The position numbers and the translations under genes are program-made. DNA of 64,000 nt from an uncultured Phycisphaerales bacterium (GTDB lineage Bacteria > Planctomycetota > Phycisphaerae > Tepidisphaerales > Tepidisphaeraceae). The stretch lies in contig CAVWLP010000002.1 in NCBI GenBank assembly GCA_963755915.1, positions 4,416,001 to 4,480,000 of the forward strand, read 5' to 3'. The notes below the pieces were generated by a model, which saw nothing but the letters and a program-made list of their open reading frames with translations, searched no databases and was not told the DNA's origin. This document shows positions 52,449-62,780 of this stretch, piece by piece; position 1 is the first letter of the stretch, and each line of letters opens with the position of its first letter.

Positions 52449-53843
52449 TTAGCGGCCTTTGCCTTTTTTGGTGCCGGAGCCGCCCAGGAAGCCGCCGTAG
52501 TTTCGCATCAGCAAGTTGGCTTCGATGCGCTGGATCATGTCGAGGGCGACCTGCACGACGATGAGGAGGCCGGTACCGCCGAGGAATGCGGAGATTCTGG
52601 GGTCGATGCCGAGGCTGCTGGTGACAATGACCGGGACCACCGCGATGATGCAAAGGAACGCCGCGCCGACATAGGTGATGCGCATCATGACCTTTTCGAG
52701 ATAGTCAGCCGTGCGTTTACCGGGGCGCAAGCCGGGGATGAAGCTGCCGTAGTCGCGAAGCTGGTTGGCCATTTCCTTTGGCTGGAACTGGACGGTCGTC
52801 CAGAAGTAGGCGAAGAAATAGATCATCGCGGCTTCGGTAATCAGGTAGATGAACTCGCCGCGCCGGAACTCGTTGTTAAGCCACTCCAGAAAGTTGTGAA
52901 ACCCACCGGTGCCGAGCATGTCGGCAACCTTGGCAATTGCGACGCTGGGAAAAAGCATGATTGACTGCGCGAAGATGATCGGCATCACGCCGCCGTGATT
53001 CACGCGAAGGGGAAGGAACTGGCGCTGGCCGCCGTAGATTCGACGGCCGCGGGTGTGCTTGGCCTGCTGAATGGTAATTCTGCGCTGAGCGTTGGTGATG
53101 AGGATGCAACCACCGACCACGAAGACGAAACAGGCGGCGAGGAAGATAATTTTTCCGGGGGTAATCTGGCGGACGCCGCTGGCTTGGCCGGTGAGGGTGG
53201 TCTGCCGCGCCAGCTCGGCGATCGCGCCGGGCATTCTGGCGACGATGCCGGCGAGAATGACAAGGCTCACGCCGTTGCCCAGGCCGTATTCGTCGATCTG
53301 CTCACCGAGCCACATGAGGAAAATGCTTCCGGCCGTGAGGGAAATAAGGCCCATGAGCCAGAAGACGCCGGCGTATTGGTGCTGGAAAGTCGGATACACC
53401 ATCGCGCGGCCGCTGTTTCCAGTCTGCATGTAACTGAGCAGGAAGATCGCCTGCACGATGCAGAGGGGGACCGTCACGTAGCGGCTCCACTCCTGAATCT
53501 TGCGCCGGCCGGTTTCACCTTCCTTTTGAAGCTTTTCCAGGGAGGGAATGACCGTTCCCAGGAGCTGGAAAATGATCGAGGAGGAGATGTAGGGCATGAT
53601 GCCCAGGCTGAAGATCGAGCTTTGCGTCAGGCTTCCGCCGGAGAAGATCGAGACGTAGCTGGCCATGCGGCCGGCGGCGCTGGAGTCGTCCTGGTTCTTG
53701 GCGATCTGGGACATGGCCTGCTGATCGACGCCCGGCAGCGGCACCCAGAAGCCGATGCGGTAAATCAGCAGCATGAAAAATGTGAACAGGACTTTGTTCC
53801 GAAGCTCAGGGACGCGAAAGATATTGAGAATTGATTTGATCAT
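52449..53843 (-). CDS. secY: Preprotein translocase SecY
   Basis: SIFSLGIMPYISSSII, WLGEQI..G.GNGVS, FIPGLRPG, GGTGLLIVV. Confidence 0.97.
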   Translation of the reverse strand: MIKSILNIFRVPELRNKVLFTFFMLLIYRIGFWVPLPGVDQQAMSQIAKNQDDSSAAGRMASYVSIFSGGSLTQSSIFSLGIMPYISSSIIFQLLGTVIPSLEKLQKEGETGRRKIQEWSRYVTVPLCIVQAIFLLSYMQTGNSGRAMVYPTFQHQYAGVFWLMGLISLTAGSIFLMWLGEQIDEYGLGNGVSLVILAGIVARMPGAIAELARQTTLTGQASGVRQITPGKIIFLAACFVFVVGGCILITNAQRRITIQQAKHTRGRRIYGGQRQFLPLRVNHGGVMPIIFAQSIMLFPSVAIAKVADMLGTGGFHNFLEWLNNEFRRGEFIYLITEAAMIYFFAYFWTTVQFQPKEMANQLRDYGSFIPGLRPGKRTADYLEKVMMRITYVGAAFLCIIAVVPVIVTSSLGIDPRISAFLGGTGLLIVVQVALDMIQRIEANLLMRNYGGFLGGSGTKKGKGR

Positions 53844-53906
53844 GCGTTACCCGCTGAAAAGGATCCCACGGCACCACCGCAGGCGTTCGGATAGCATATC
53901 ATAGGC

Positions 53907-54545
53907 CTATTCGGCCGTCGCCGGGGGAGCTTCCTTTGGCTTGGATTCAGCCTTCGGTTCCCCCTTGGCTTCGGGTTTTGCCTCGCCCTTCGCTTCGGGA
54001 GCGGCGCCTTCGGGCGCGGGCTCGCCGGCGGGCTTCTTCTTTACCGGCTCACGCGGAACGAACTTGGTCTTGGGCTTGGGGAATGCGAAGGCCTCGCCCT
54101 TGGCGTTCTGGGCCGAGCCCCCTGCCGCGGTGATTTTGCCGTGGGCTGATTTGCTAAACCAGGCGGCCTGAATCGTGAGCTTACGGGTGAGCTCGCCGTC
54201 GCCGAGGATTTTGATCTGTTGTTGGTCGTTGGGGACAAGGCCTTTTTCGCGCAGGGCGGCGGCATCTACGGTTGCGCCATCCTGGAAGGCGTTGAGATCG
54301 GCGACGTTGATGATGGAAAAGCGGTTCTCGAAGTCGTGGTTGCTGAAGCCGCGCTTGGGGAATCGGCGGAAGATGGGGGTCTGGCCGCCTTCGTGGCCGC
54401 GCTTGATATAGGTGCCGACGCGGGCCTTGGCGCCCTTGTTACCGCGGCCGGAGGTTTTGCCGTGGCCGCTGCTTTCGCCGCGCCCTTTGCGCTTGCGAAG
54501 CTTGTTTCTTGGAGCGCCGGTGGTGATTTCCTGGATCATGCTCAT
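53907..54545 (-). CDS. rplO: 50S ribosomal protein L15 (C-terminal extension)
   Basis: RKGRG.SSGHGKTSGRG.KG, EGGQTP..RR.PKRGF. Confidence 0.96.
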   Translation of the reverse strand: MSMIQEITTGAPRNKLRKRKGRGESSGHGKTSGRGNKGAKARVGTYIKRGHEGGQTPIFRRFPKRGFSNHDFENRFSIINVADLNAFQDGATVDAAALREKGLVPNDQQQIKILGDGELTRKLTIQAAWFSKSAHGKITAAGGSAQNAKGEAFAFPKPKTKFVPREPVKKKPAGEPAPEGAAPEAKGEAKPEAKGEPKAESKPKEAPPATAE

Positions 54546-54566
54546 GGTAGTAGTCCATCAAAACGA

Positions 54567-55271
54567 TTAAGCGGATACGAGTTCTCCGGCGCCTTTTTCG
54601 AGCTTTACGCCGCGCGTTTCCTCGACCTGCTCGCGGTTCTGGAGCTGGCGGAGCGCGGCCATGGTGGCCTTCACGAGATTCTTGGGGCTGGTGGAGCCGT
54701 AGGCCTTGGTGAGGATGTCAGTGATGCCGACCAACTCGACGCAGGGGCGGACGCTCTTGCCGGCGGTGACGCCGGTGCCCGGACGGGCGGGGACCAGGAT
54801 GACCGTGCTGGCGCCGTTGGTGCCCTTCGCCACGTGCGGAATGGTTGTGCCCTTGAGATTGACCTTGAACATCTGCTTGCGGGCGTCTTTCGTGGCCTTT
54901 TCGACGGCCGGAGGAACTTCGTTGGCCTTGCCGTAACCGATGCCGACGTTGCCCTTGCGATCGCCGGCGACGACGAGTGCGCCGAAGCTGAATGTGCGGC
55001 CACCCTTGACGACCTTGGAGCAGCGATAGATGCGGACGACGGAGGACTCGATGCCAGATTCATCGCGCTCGCGCGTGCCGGGTCCACGGCGGCCGCCTTC
55101 CTGGCGACCGCGGCGCTGGCCGCGCCCGCGGGCGGGAGCTTCGCCGCCGGCCTCTCGCTCGGGAATTCCCGGTGTGGGCGCTTGGGGCGCCGCAGCTTCC
55201 GGAGCCGGCGCTGGGGCCGCAGGTGTTGCGGGGGTTTCGGGAACCTGGGGTTGGGATTCTTGTTCGGCCAT
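54567..55271 (-). CDS. rpsE: 30S ribosomal protein S5 (N-terminal extension)
   Basis: KVVKGGRTFSFGALVVAGD, GYGKANEVP. Confidence 0.96.
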   Translation of the reverse strand: MAEQESQPQVPETPATPAAPAPAPEAAAPQAPTPGIPEREAGGEAPARGRGQRRGRQEGGRRGPGTRERDESGIESSVVRIYRCSKVVKGGRTFSFGALVVAGDRKGNVGIGYGKANEVPPAVEKATKDARKQMFKVNLKGTTIPHVAKGTNGASTVILVPARPGTGVTAGKSVRPCVELVGITDILTKAYGSTSPKNLVKATMAALRQLQNREQVEETRGVKLEKGAGELVSA

Positions 55272-55323
55272 AAGACTTCCATCTTTCACGAAGACACGGG
55301 CCGCAAGCGGCCCGGCTACACGT

Positions 55324-55698
55324 TTAGAACTTCAAACCGCCCTCTCTGGCGGCGTCCGCTAGCGCCTTGATCCGGCCATGATACATCCGCCCGCCACGGT
55401 CGAAGCAGACGGCGGTGATTCCTTTTTCCTTGGCGCGGGCGGCGATGACGGAGCCGACCTTCTTCGCAGCAGCGATGTTGCCGCCGTTCTTCAACTCCGC
55501 GCCGCGCACTTCCGCGCTTGCGCTGGAAGCTGCGGCGAGGGTTGCGCCGGCGTGGTCGTCGATGATCTGGGCGTAAATATGCTTGTCGCTGCGGAAAACC
55601 GTCAGGCGGGGACGCTCCGGCGTGCCCATCAGCCGCGAGCGGATCGACCACTTTCGCCGCTGAAGACGCACCTGTTTGAGTTTATTTTTGTCAGCCAT
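55324..55698 (-). CDS. rplR: 50S ribosomal protein L18
   Basis: [29 protein letters not shown]. Confidence 0.97.
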   Translation of the reverse strand: MADKNKLKQVRLQRRKWSIRSRLMGTPERPRLTVFRSDKHIYAQIIDDHAGATLAAASSASAEVRGAELKNGGNIAAAKKVGSVIAARAKEKGITAVCFDRGGRMYHGRIKALADAAREGGLKF

Positions 55699-55709
55699 GA
55701 TTTTGCTTC

Positions 55710-56267
55710 CTACTTGGCGGCGGCTCCAGCGCCGGCGAAGGCCTTGCCCGGCTTGATCTTGACGACTTCGCCCTCATAGCGAACGCCCTTGCCCTTATAC
55801 GGCTCGGGCTTGCGCACGCGGCGGACGTCGCTGGCGAACTGGCCGACCAGTTGCTTGTCCGGGCCGGTGACGTGAATCTTGGGGCCTTCGACCTTCACAT
55901 CGACGCCCACCGGAATCGGCACCTTGATTTCATTCGCGTAGCCGACGGTCATTACCAAAGTTTTGCCCTTGATCTCGGCCTTGTAGCCGACGCCCTGGAC
56001 TTCGAGCGATTTTTTGTAGCCGTTGGTGACGCCCTCGACCATGTTGGCGAGCAGGGCGCGGGTGAGGCCGTGCAGGGCTTTGCTCTGGCGCTCGTCATCG
56101 GGGCGGGTGACGACGATCTCTTTCTTGCCGGCGTCGAGCGCAACCTTGATCGCAGGATGAATCTTCTGCTCAAGCTTGCCCTTGGGTCCTTCCATCCGCA
56201 CGAGGCCCGGCTGGACCGTAACCTTGGCGGCGTTGATCGGCACAGGTTTTTTTCCAATTCGGCTCAT
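55710..56267 (-). CDS. rplF: 50S ribosomal protein L6
   Basis: [21 protein letters not shown]. Confidence 0.97.
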   Translation of the reverse strand: MSRIGKKPVPINAAKVTVQPGLVRMEGPKGKLEQKIHPAIKVALDAGKKEIVVTRPDDERQSKALHGLTRALLANMVEGVTNGYKKSLEVQGVGYKAEIKGKTLVMTVGYANEIKVPIPVGVDVKVEGPKIHVTGPDKQLVGQFASDVRRVRKPEPYKGKGVRYEGEVVKIKPGKAFAGAGAAAK

Positions 56268-56283
56268 GATTCAATCTCTAATC

Positions 56284-56682
56284 TTAGGACACGGTGCACA
56301 ACAATTCACCGCCGACGTTTTGCTCGCGGGCCTTGCGGTCGCTCATGACGCCTTTGCTGGTGCTGACGACGGCGATGCCCATGCCGTTGAGGACGCGGGG
56401 GAGCTCGCCGACGGCGCGGTAGATCCGCCGGCCGGGCTTGGAGGCGCGGTCCAGCTCGTGGATAACGCGCTCACCGTTGATCGAATACTTGAGCTTCACG
56501 CGAATCTGGCCCTGCCTGCCGTCGTCGACGACGTCGAACTCGTCAATGTAGCCCTCGTCCTTCAGCACCGCCGCGATCCCGCCGCAAATCTTGCTTTTGG
56601 GAATGAGAACCATGCGGCGGCCGACGCGGTTGGCGTTGCGTATCCGAGTGAGCATATCGGCGATCGGATCTTGATTGTTCAT
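56284..56682 (-). CDS. rpsH: 30S ribosomal protein S8
   Basis: DPIADMLTRIRNA, SKPGRRIY, STSKGVM. Confidence 0.97.
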   Translation of the reverse strand: MNNQDPIADMLTRIRNANRVGRRMVLIPKSKICGGIAAVLKDEGYIDEFDVVDDGRQGQIRVKLKYSINGERVIHELDRASKPGRRIYRAVGELPRVLNGMGIAVVSTSKGVMSDRKAREQNVGGELLCTVS

Positions 56683-56704
56683 CGCACTTGTTTCCTTGAG
56701 TGTC

Positions 56705-56974
56705 TTACCAACTGGCTTTCTTCAGACCCGGGATTTTGCCGGCCAGCGCCAGCTCGCGCAGCATGATGCGCGAAACCTTGAACTTGCGCAGAACCCCGCG
56801 CGAGCGGCCGGTCAACTGACAGCGGTTGCGCGAACGCGTCGGGCTCGAATCGCGCGGCAGATTGGCCAGCGCGGCGAAGTTCTTCTGCTTCTTAAGCTGG
56901 CGGCGAAGATCGGCGTATTTCTTCACCAGCGCTTCGCGCCGCTTCTGTTTTACTACCCAGGCCGTTGTTGCCAT
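56705..56974 (-). CDS. rpsN: 30S ribosomal protein S14 (89-aa non-zinc form)
   Basis: [31 protein letters not shown]; only one Cys. Confidence 0.96.
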   Translation of the reverse strand: MATTAWVVKQKRREALVKKYADLRRQLKKQKNFAALANLPRDSSPTRSRNRCQLTGRSRGVLRKFKVSRIMLRELALAGKIPGLKKASW

Positions 56975-57000
56975 AACTATCCTTCTCTGGTTGCGGTTCT

Positions 57001-57750
57001 TTACTTGGCGCCCTTTTCCTTTTCGTCCGTCCGGAAGGGAAATCCAAACTGCTTGAGCAATTCGCGTCCCTGCTCCGGATCGGGGGCGGTGGTCACCATT
57101 GTGATGTTCATCCCCTGCTGGAACTGTACCTCGGCGGCGTTGACCTCGGGGAAGACCGTCTGTTCGGTGAACCCGAAGTTGTAGTTGCCGTCCTGGTCGA
57201 AGCCGGTGGGGGAAAGGCCGCGGAAGTCGCGCACGCGGGGGATCGCCAGCGAGACCATGCGGTCGAGGAATTCGTACATCCGGATGCCGCGAAGCGTGAC
57301 CTTCAAACCGGTCTCCTGCCCCTCGCGCACCTTGAAATTCGCCACGCTCTTTTTCGACTTGCAGCGCAGCGGCTTCTGGCCGGCGATGATGCCAAGCTCT
57401 TTTTCGGCCTGCTCGACCTTGCCTTTCTCGCCGGCGGTGGCAAGCTTGCCCACGCCCATCGAGATGACGATTTTGTCGAGCCGGGGCACGGCCAAGGCAT
57501 TCTTGTAGCCGAACTTCTGCTTCAGCTCGGGCACGACCTTTTCACGGAAGTGAATCAGAAGCCGCGGGGTCGGCGCCGGCTCTACCGGACCCGTCTCTTC
57601 CTGGGCCTCCTGAGCCGGAGCTGACTTGGGCTTCTTCTCGCGCTTCTCGCCGCCGGGGCGCTGCCCCTTGGCCTGCCCTTCAGGCTTGCCTTGCGGCGGG
57701 CCCTTGCCCTTATCGTGCTTCTCTTTCTTTTCTTTCTTTTCTTCTGACAT
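57001..57750 (-). CDS. rplE: 50S ribosomal protein L5 (Lys/Glu/Pro-rich N-terminal extension)
   Basis: [36 protein letters not shown]. Confidence 0.96.
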   Translation of the reverse strand: MSEEKKEKKEKHDKGKGPPQGKPEGQAKGQRPGGEKREKKPKSAPAQEAQEETGPVEPAPTPRLLIHFREKVVPELKQKFGYKNALAVPRLDKIVISMGVGKLATAGEKGKVEQAEKELGIIAGQKPLRCKSKKSVANFKVREGQETGLKVTLRGIRMYEFLDRMVSLAIPRVRDFRGLSPTGFDQDGNYNFGFTEQTVFPEVNAAEVQFQQGMNITMVTTAPDPEQGRELLKQFGFPFRTDEKEKGAK

Positions 57751-57762
57751 GGTCAAACTCTC

Positions 57763-58092
57763 TTACTTTGGTCCAACCGTTCCCAGATCCGTTCCGCTGC
57801 CGACGGCGATTCTATGCTTCTTGCCGTCGCGAATTTCATATCGCACGCGAGCGCCCTTCCCGGTGCTGGGATCCAGCGGCATCACGTTGCTGATGTGGAT
57901 CGGCGCGTCCTTCTGGATTCGCCCGCCCTGCGGATTCCGCTGCGAGGGGCGGACGTGTTTCCAGACACGGTTGATCCCTTCGACGACCACGCGGTCCTTG
58001 CCGGTCAGCACGCGAAGCACCTTCCCGGTCTGTCCCTTGTCGGCGCCGGTAATGATCATTACCTGATCGCCCGATTTAATGTGTCTTGGCAT
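57763..58092 (-). CDS. rplX: 50S ribosomal protein L24
   Basis: IKSGDQV..ITGADKG..G.V, APIHISNV. Confidence 0.96.
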   Translation of the reverse strand: MPRHIKSGDQVMIITGADKGQTGKVLRVLTGKDRVVVEGINRVWKHVRPSQRNPQGGRIQKDAPIHISNVMPLDPSTGKGARVRYEIRDGKKHRIAVGSGTDLGTVGPK

Positions 58093-58478
58093 CAGACCAC
58101 CTCAGCGGCTAGAGAAACGATTTTCATGAAATTCTTGTCGCGCAATTCGCGGGCGACCGCGCCGAAGATTCGCGTCCCGCGCGGGTTGTTTTCCTTGTCG
58201 ATCACCACGGCCGCGTTGCGATCGAACCGCACGTAGCTCCCGTCCTCGCGCCGCGTCGGCTGCTTGGTGCGAACCACCACGCAGCGGATGATTTCGCCCT
58301 GCTTGATGTCGCCGGTCGGCTGCGCCTTCTTCACGGCGCAGATAATCACATCGCCCACGTGCGCCACCTTGCGCTTGAACTTGCCCTTGCTGCTTGAGCC
58401 GCGAAGGACCTTGATGCACATCGCCTGGCGTGCGCCGGTGTTGTCCGCGATGTCGAGGTAAGTCTGTTGCTGAATCAT
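58092..58478 (-). CDS. rplN: 50S ribosomal protein L14
   Basis: [32 protein letters not shown]. Confidence 0.97.
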   Translation of the reverse strand: MIQQQTYLDIADNTGARQAMCIKVLRGSSSKGKFKRKVAHVGDVIICAVKKAQPTGDIKQGEIIRCVVVRTKQPTRREDGSYVRFDRNAAVVIDKENNPRGTRIFGAVARELRDKNFMKIVSLAAEVV

Positions 58479-58490
58479 GGCACTTGGCTC

Positions 58491-58832
58491 TTATCTTTCT
58501 TCGGGCGCCTTGCCCGTCATCACTTCCTCGGCGGAGACCTGCACGGCCCGCTCCGGCGCCTTCTGCACGATCCGCAGAAGGCGATGGTGCTTGGTCTTGC
58601 TCAGCGGGCGACACTCGGCGATTTCCACGGTGTCCCCTTCCTTGGCTTCGTTCTTCTCGTCGTGGGCGTGTAGCACCGTGCGGCGCTTCAGATATTTCCC
58701 GTACTTCGGATGCCGCGCCTGGTAGTTCACGACGACCTTGATCGTCTTATGACCCTTGTCCGACGCCACGACGCCCAGAATCTTGCGAAGCAGCGCTCGC
58801 TTGGTTGTTTCGATGGTTGATGTCTCTGCCAT
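58491..58832 (-). CDS. rpsQ: 30S ribosomal protein S17
   Basis: GVVASDK..KTI, HPKYGK, AHDE.N, ECRPLSKTK. Confidence 0.96.
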   Translation of the reverse strand: MAETSTIETTKRALLRKILGVVASDKGHKTIKVVVNYQARHPKYGKYLKRRTVLHAHDEKNEAKEGDTVEIAECRPLSKTKHHRLLRIVQKAPERAVQVSAEEVMTGKAPEER

Positions 58833-58854
58833 AGATGCTCTTTCCGGTTATTTC

Positions 58855-59076
58855 TTAAGCTTGCTTCTTCTCGGCGGTCTTGCCCGCCGCCAGTTCGCGC
58901 TCGCGCAGAATCGTCTTGATCCGCGCGATCTCCTTCCGGGCCTTGCGCAGCTGGCTCGGATCCTCCAGCTTTTCCGTTACCGACTGCGTACGCAGCGTGA
59001 ACAGATGCTTCTGCTGCTCGGCCAGCTCGTGGCGAATGTGATCGGTCTCTTTCTCGCGGATTTCCTTGAGCGTCAT
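58855..59076 (-). CDS. rpmC: 50S ribosomal protein L29
   Basis: MTLKEIRE...LFTLR...RKARKEIARIKTILRE; ATG at 59076. Confidence 0.95.
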   Translation of the reverse strand: MTLKEIREKETDHIRHELAEQQKHLFTLRTQSVTEKLEDPSQLRKARKEIARIKTILRERELAAGKTAEKKQA

Positions 59077-59102
59077 AAAAAATCCCAACTCTACTCGATC
59101 GC

Positions 59103-59525
59103 CTATACGGTCGTATGCCTGCGGTGAACGAACCGGCACGGCACCGGCATCTTGTGGGCGACGCGCGTCAGGGCACGCTTCGCGGTCGCCAGGTCCACGC
59201 CGGTGATTTCGAACATCATCGTTCCCGGCTTCACCACGGCGCACCAGTATTCCGGCTCGCCCTTGCCTTTGCCCATGCGGGTTTCCAGCGGTTTTCCGGA
59301 GACCGGCTTGTGGGGGAAGATGCGGATGAAGACGCGACCCTCGCGGCGAAGGAAGTGGCTGCACGCCACGCGCCCCGCCTCGATCTGCCGCGCGGTGATC
59401 CATGCCGCCTTCAGCGACTGCAAGCCGTATTCCCCGAAGGCAACCGTGTTGCCCCGGGTGGCGTTACCTTTCATTTTGCCGCGATGGCTTTTGCGGAACT
59501 TCACCCGCTTGGGCATCATGGCCAT
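59103..59525 (-). CDS. rplP: 50S ribosomal protein L16
   Basis: [24 protein letters not shown]. Confidence 0.97.
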   Translation of the reverse strand: MAMMPKRVKFRKSHRGKMKGNATRGNTVAFGEYGLQSLKAAWITARQIEAGRVACSHFLRREGRVFIRIFPHKPVSGKPLETRMGKGKGEPEYWCAVVKPGTMMFEITGVDLATAKRALTRVAHKMPVPCRFVHRRHTTV

Positions 59526-59565
59526 AGAAACCTCCCAATCACAAACCTGTCACTGTCACAATCAA

Positions 59566-60264
59566 TTACCGCCGGCCGCGGCGCGGGCCGCCGCCGGGAC
59601 GAATATCCGTCTCCAGAACTTCTTCACCGTACATCCCGCGATAGATCCACGTCTTGACGCCGATGGCGCCATAGGTGGTGAACGCCACCGCATATCCATA
59701 ATTCACGTCCGCCTGAAGCGTCGTCAGCGGCACCGATCCGGTCGTCGCTTTTTCGCTGCGGGCGATTTCCGCGCCGCCCAAACGCCCGCTCACGTTAATT
59801 TTTATTCCCTTCGCTCCCGCTTGCATGGTGGCTTCCATCCGCATTTTCAACACGCGACGGAAACTGGCCCGCTTCTTCAATTGTTCAGCGATGGCCTCGG
59901 CAACCAGTTGCGCGTTCAGATCCGGGTTCTTGATCTCAATCACTTTGATCGGCGCGACCTTGCGTTTGATTAAGTCCTCCAGCTCTTCCCGAAGCTTGTC
60001 GACTTCAGCCCCCTTGGGCCCGATGACCAATCCCGGCCGCGCCGTCTTCAGCGTGATCGTCACTTCTTCGCGCGTCCGCTCGATCAGGATATCGCTCACC
60101 GCCGCGAACGGCGGCCGGCGGTTCAGGCGGTTGTCGATGTGCTTGCGCACCTTCTGGTCCTCGACGAGGAAGTCGCCATACGCGGACTTCGGGGCATACC
60201 ACCGGCTCTTCCAGTCTTCCGTGATGCCGACGCGAAACCCGATTGGATTTACCTTTTGTCCCAT
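59566..60264 (-). CDS. rpsC: 30S ribosomal protein S3
   Basis: MGQKVNPIGFR, RPGLVIG.KG, GRLGGAEIAR. Confidence 0.97.
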   Translation of the reverse strand: MGQKVNPIGFRVGITEDWKSRWYAPKSAYGDFLVEDQKVRKHIDNRLNRRPPFAAVSDILIERTREEVTITLKTARPGLVIGPKGAEVDKLREELEDLIKRKVAPIKVIEIKNPDLNAQLVAEAIAEQLKKRASFRRVLKMRMEATMQAGAKGIKINVSGRLGGAEIARSEKATTGSVPLTTLQADVNYGYAVAFTTYGAIGVKTWIYRGMYGEEVLETDIRPGGGPRRGRR

Positions 60265-60270
60265 GGGCGT

Positions 60271-60651
60271 CTACCTTTTCCCTTTCGCCGGCTTTTCCCC
60301 TTTTCCAGGATTTTCGTCGGCACGCTCGTCCAGCGTCACGACCAGGTGGCTCGTGCGCTTCATGATCGAATAAGCCTTCCCTCGGTCCTTCGGCTGAAAC
60401 CGCTTGATCACCGGACCGGGATCCACCCAGCATTGCTGCACGTAAAGTGCATTGCGCGAGCGAACGTCCTGCTCCGCCGCATTCGCCACGGCGGAGCGCA
60501 CGACCTTTTCGATCATCCCGCTGGCGCGCTGCTTGGCGAATCGCAGCAGGGTGATGGCGTCGTCCACGTCGCGGCCGCGGATGAGGTTCATCAGGAGCCG
60601 CGCCTTCCGCGGCGAAATTCTTGCGAAGCGATGAGAGGCTTGGAATGGCAT
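60271..60651 (-). CDS. rplV: 50S ribosomal protein L22
   Basis: RISPRKARL..NLIRG, SAVANA, KRTSHL. Confidence 0.97.
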   Translation of the reverse strand: MPFQASHRFARISPRKARLLMNLIRGRDVDDAITLLRFAKQRASGMIEKVVRSAVANAAEQDVRSRNALYVQQCWVDPGPVIKRFQPKDRGKAYSIMKRTSHLVVTLDERADENPGKGEKPAKGKR

Positions 60652-60675
60652 AGTCGATTGGCTCCTGATTCTTTA

Positions 60676-60996
60676 CTATTCCTTCGCCGCCGGCGCCGGC
60701 GCCGCGCCGCCTGCCGGGCCACCCACCGCGGCCGCTTTCTTGCCGCTGTGACCCTTGAAGATCCGCGTCGGGGAAAATTCGCCGAGCTTGTGCCCGACCA
60801 TGTCTTCCTGCACGAAAACCTTCAAAAATTTGTTCCCGTTGTGAACCTCGAACGTGTGGCCCACAAATTCCGGGATGATGGTGCACGCCCGCGCCCACGT
60901 TTTGATGGGCTGCTTGGCGCGGTTCTCGTTCAGCTTCGAGACCTTGCGGAAAAGCTTCTCGTCGACGAATGGACCTTTTTTAGCGCTGCGGCTCAT
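60676..60996 (-). CDS. rpsS: 30S ribosomal protein S19
   Basis: [28 protein letters not shown]. Confidence 0.97.
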   Translation of the reverse strand: MSRSAKKGPFVDEKLFRKVSKLNENRAKQPIKTWARACTIIPEFVGHTFEVHNGNKFLKVFVQEDMVGHKLGEFSPTRIFKGHSGKKAAAVGGPAGGAAPAPAAKE

Positions 60997-61862
60997 AGAT
61001 TTACCGTTTGAGGCCTTTGCTGATGCGTGCCGAATTTGCGGCGGCGGAGGATCAGCTTTTCACTGTTCTTTCGCGGGCTGCGGGTAATCCCGCCCTTGGA
61101 CAGCACGCCCGTCTTGCTGACCGGATGACGCCCGCCGTTGCTGCGGCCTTCGCCGCCGCCCAGCGGATGGTCGATCGGGTTCATCGCCTTCGCCCGCGTG
61201 TGCGGACGAATTCCCATGTGCCGGCTGCGGCCGGCTTTTCCGATGCTCACGTTGATCCAGTCGAGATTCCCAAGCTGCCCGATCGTCGCCCGGCAGGCGC
61301 TGCGCACACGGCGCATTTCGCCGGAGGGAAGAATAATCACGGCCCATTCGCCTTCGCGAGCGCCGAGTCGGCCGACGCCCCCGGCCGTGCGGACCATCTT
61401 GCCCCCCTGCCCGGGGTTCAATTCTATGTTGTGCACTTCAAGGCCGGTGGGGATGTTTGCGAGGGGAAGACAATTGCCGAGCTCTGGCGGAGAATCAGGA
61501 CCGCTAATGACCTTCGCGCCGGGGCGAAGGCCGTTGGGACACAGAATGTACGACTTGGTCCCGTCTTCGTATTTGATCAGCGCGATATTCACGCTGCGGT
61601 TGGGATCATATTCGATCGCTTCCACGTTGGCGGTCATGCCATCTTTGCTGTTGCGCTTGAAATCGACGAGCCGGTAGAGCTTTTTGTTGCCGCCCCCGCG
61701 ATGCTTGGCGGTGATGACGCCATGATGATTGCGGCCGTTGGCGCGAATCCGCCCCACAACCAGCGAAGGCTCCGGCGTAAACTTCGTGATCACCGCTTTG
61801 TAATCGATAACCGATCCCGCCCGGCGGCCCGCGGATGATGGATTGTAATATTTGATCGGCAT
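60993..61862 (-). CDS. rplB: 50S ribosomal protein L2
   Basis: [29 protein letters not shown]. Confidence 0.97.
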   Translation of the reverse strand: MPIKYYNPSSAGRRAGSVIDYKAVITKFTPEPSLVVGRIRANGRNHHGVITAKHRGGGNKKLYRLVDFKRNSKDGMTANVEAIEYDPNRSVNIALIKYEDGTKSYILCPNGLRPGAKVISGPDSPPELGNCLPLANIPTGLEVHNIELNPGQGGKMVRTAGGVGRLGAREGEWAVIILPSGEMRRVRSACRATIGQLGNLDWINVSIGKAGRSRHMGIRPHTRAKAMNPIDHPLGGGEGRSNGGRHPVSKTGVLSKGGITRSPRKNSEKLILRRRKFGTHQQRPQTVNL

Positions 61863-61874
61863 GGTGGTTGGCCT

Positions 61875-62153
61875 TTAGTAAAGTTCGATCCTCGAATTTT
61901 CATCCAGCTTCACGATCGCCCGTTTCCAGTCGCTGGTGTGCGCCATCGCCGTCCGTGAACGGCGCGGCTTGCCTTTGCGGTTCATCGTGTGAATGTCGAT
62001 CACTTTCACGTTGTAAATTGCCTCGATCGCCCGGCGGATGTCCTTCTTGTTGGCGGCCCGGTTCACCTGGAACGCATAGACATTCCGCGTCTCCTGCAAG
62101 TGTGTGCTCTTCTCGGTAACCAGCGGCTTGATGATGACGTTTGTGTAATCCAT
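61875..62153 (-). CDS. rplW: 50S ribosomal protein L23
   Basis: IIKPLVTEKS, ANKKDIR.AIE, WKRAIVKL. Confidence 0.96.
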   Translation of the reverse strand: MDYTNVIIKPLVTEKSTHLQETRNVYAFQVNRAANKKDIRRAIEAIYNVKVIDIHTMNRKGKPRRSRTAMAHTSDWKRAIVKLDENSRIELY

Positions 62154-62163
62154 AGTGATTCGC

Positions 62164-62778
62164 CTATGCCAGAAGCTGCTCCAGCCCCGCCTTGGTCATC
62201 AGCAGCGTGCGATTTCGCAAAATGTCCCAAGCGTTTAGCTGGGAAATCGTCGTGATCGTCGTGCGATCGAGATTGCGGGCCGATCGTTCAAGATTTTCAT
62301 CGCGGCCATTGAGCGCGAACAGGCAGCTTCGATCGATCCCCAGCGCCTTGTAAACCTGGGCCATCAATTTCGTTTTCGGTTCAGCTAATTTGATGTCGTT
62401 GAGAACGCGAACGTCGTTGCTCTGGAGCTTGGCGAGAAGGGCGCTGTTGCGGGCAAGCCGGCGGACTTTTTTGGGTATGGCCTGCCGCCAATCTTTCGGC
62501 CGCTTCTGCTTGGCGTGACCGCCGCCCTTCTTGATCGGGTTACGGATGCCGCCGGTGCGGGCGTTGCCGGTCCCCTTCTGCCGAAACACTTTTCGCGTAG
62601 CGCCCGCGACTTCGCCTCGGGCCAGCGTTTGAACCGTTCCCTGCCGCTTGTTGGCGTGATACGCCACGAGCGTTTGCTTCAACAGGTTCTTGCGCACGGA
62701 ACCCCCGAGCTTGGCCTCGTCGACCTGAAGCGTTTCGATCTTCTGACCGGTCTGATCAAATATGGGGACTTCGATCAT
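62164..62778 (-). CDS. rplD: 50S ribosomal protein L4
   Basis: RQGT....RGEV, RQKGTGNAR.G, KKVRRLA. Confidence 0.96.
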   Translation of the reverse strand: MIEVPIFDQTGQKIETLQVDEAKLGGSVRKNLLKQTLVAYHANKRQGTVQTLARGEVAGATRKVFRQKGTGNARTGGIRNPIKKGGGHAKQKRPKDWRQAIPKKVRRLARNSALLAKLQSNDVRVLNDIKLAEPKTKLMAQVYKALGIDRSCLFALNGRDENLERSARNLDRTTITTISQLNAWDILRNRTLLMTKAGLEQLLA

Positions 62779-62780
62779 GA

